This document shows, one piece after another, positions 63,181-64,000 of a stretch of 64,000 nucleotides of DNA (position 1 is the stretch's first letter; every line of letters starts with the position of its first letter). The DNA is from the human T2T-CHM13v2.0 reference genome, Homo sapiens: the NCBI RefSeq assembly GCF_009914755.1, contig NC_060930.1; one strand, given 5' to 3'. A model generated the notes under the pieces. The model was given only the letters and a program-made list of their open reading frames with translations. It made no database searches and was not told the origin of the DNA. The position numbers and the translations under genes were made by a program.

Positions 63181-64000
63181 TTTTGTTTTGCCTCCCCCTC
63201 CCCTTCTAAAACATGGTTAATCTAGATTCTGTGTGATTTGGTAAAATCTTCTCTCTCTCAGGATCCACCTTCCTCTCATCATTCCAACATCAACTGAGGG
63301 TCTATCCTGCCAGGATTAATCCCTCTAACTCCTGCACTGTCGGAGGGCCACAGAGCAGTAATGTGGTGTTAAAGACAGTAGCCAAAGACCACCAGGAACA
63401 AAGCAAAATCAGATTTAATACATAGATGAAGTGACAGGATATTCCAGAGTAACGGAGAAATGCAGTTCAACAAGAGGCTGGAGAGAACTGTCTTTTGTAA
63501 GGTTTGGGTTCCCATTCGAGGATTCTGAGGAATCTCTAAGAGAAGCAGGATCAGTTCTGGATTGCTTGGTGTTTCTGAGGTGGGGTTAGGAGTAGTGGGG
63601 ATTAGCTAGGGATTGGGCGTTGTCACAAGGAGAGAGTGATCTTCGGTATCCCCAGTAGTACATGGATGGGTGTGGCAAAGCGGGTATGCGCACTCGTAAA
63701 AAGGCAGCAATTGCTCAAAGAGGGGACCATTGCGACATTTTACGGCTGCTGCATGATCTTGGAAAACAGTGTTTCCTGTTAACTTTGCATCTGGCTTTAC
63801 CTGTCCTCCCAGCCCCTGGTAACAGCTTTTGGGGTTTTTTTGTTTGTTTGTTTGTTTTCAATTGGAGGAGATTTCCTTTCTTTTCGTGGTGACAGGTTTT
63901 CACTCTTCCCAAAACTTAGGAAACTGTTCTCCGGCTCAATGGGGTGGGAAGTTACCCGGAACGCAATTTCTCCTCCTCCGGCCTGAAGTCAGGTTGGCGG

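Noticed and set aside
63360-64000. Start of another promoter/LTR or neighbouring pseudogene transcript at the window end
   Set aside because: Truncated by the window edge; no diagnostic coding or repeat identity I can support.

Overview
Primate genomic DNA, human-like (AluJ/S/Y, L1, L2, MIR, MaLR/ERVL LTRs, Tigger/hAT fossils). It resembles the SCAN/KRAB zinc-finger and tRNA cluster at human 6p22.1. The window opens with the last 12 codons and long 3' UTR of a C2H2 gene (ZKSCAN8/ZNF192, recognised from recall of its C-terminus). Then come co-oriented (+) decayed SCAN-zinc-finger genes. The first is a CpG-island-driven pseudogene with an open 8-finger ORF (ZKSCAN8P1/ZNF192P1-like). The second is a heavily decayed finger exon (ZNF603P-like). 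The third is a 16-finger exon broken by a stop and frameshifts (ZKSCAN8P2/ZNF192P2-like). A CpG island at ~55.4-56.6 kb and an intact tRNA-Ser(GCT) at 61096-61177 follow. Manual translation shows three fossil SCAN-domain exons that the ORF track misses (~8.75, ~14.95 and ~45.95 kb); the last implies a fourth dead gene. The window also holds several rearrangement scars: a templated insertion, an Alu foldback, an Alu-flanked micro-inversion and a chimeric Alu. Gene and repeat subfamily names come from recall, not from a database search. I found no non-eukaryotic or wholly new system.
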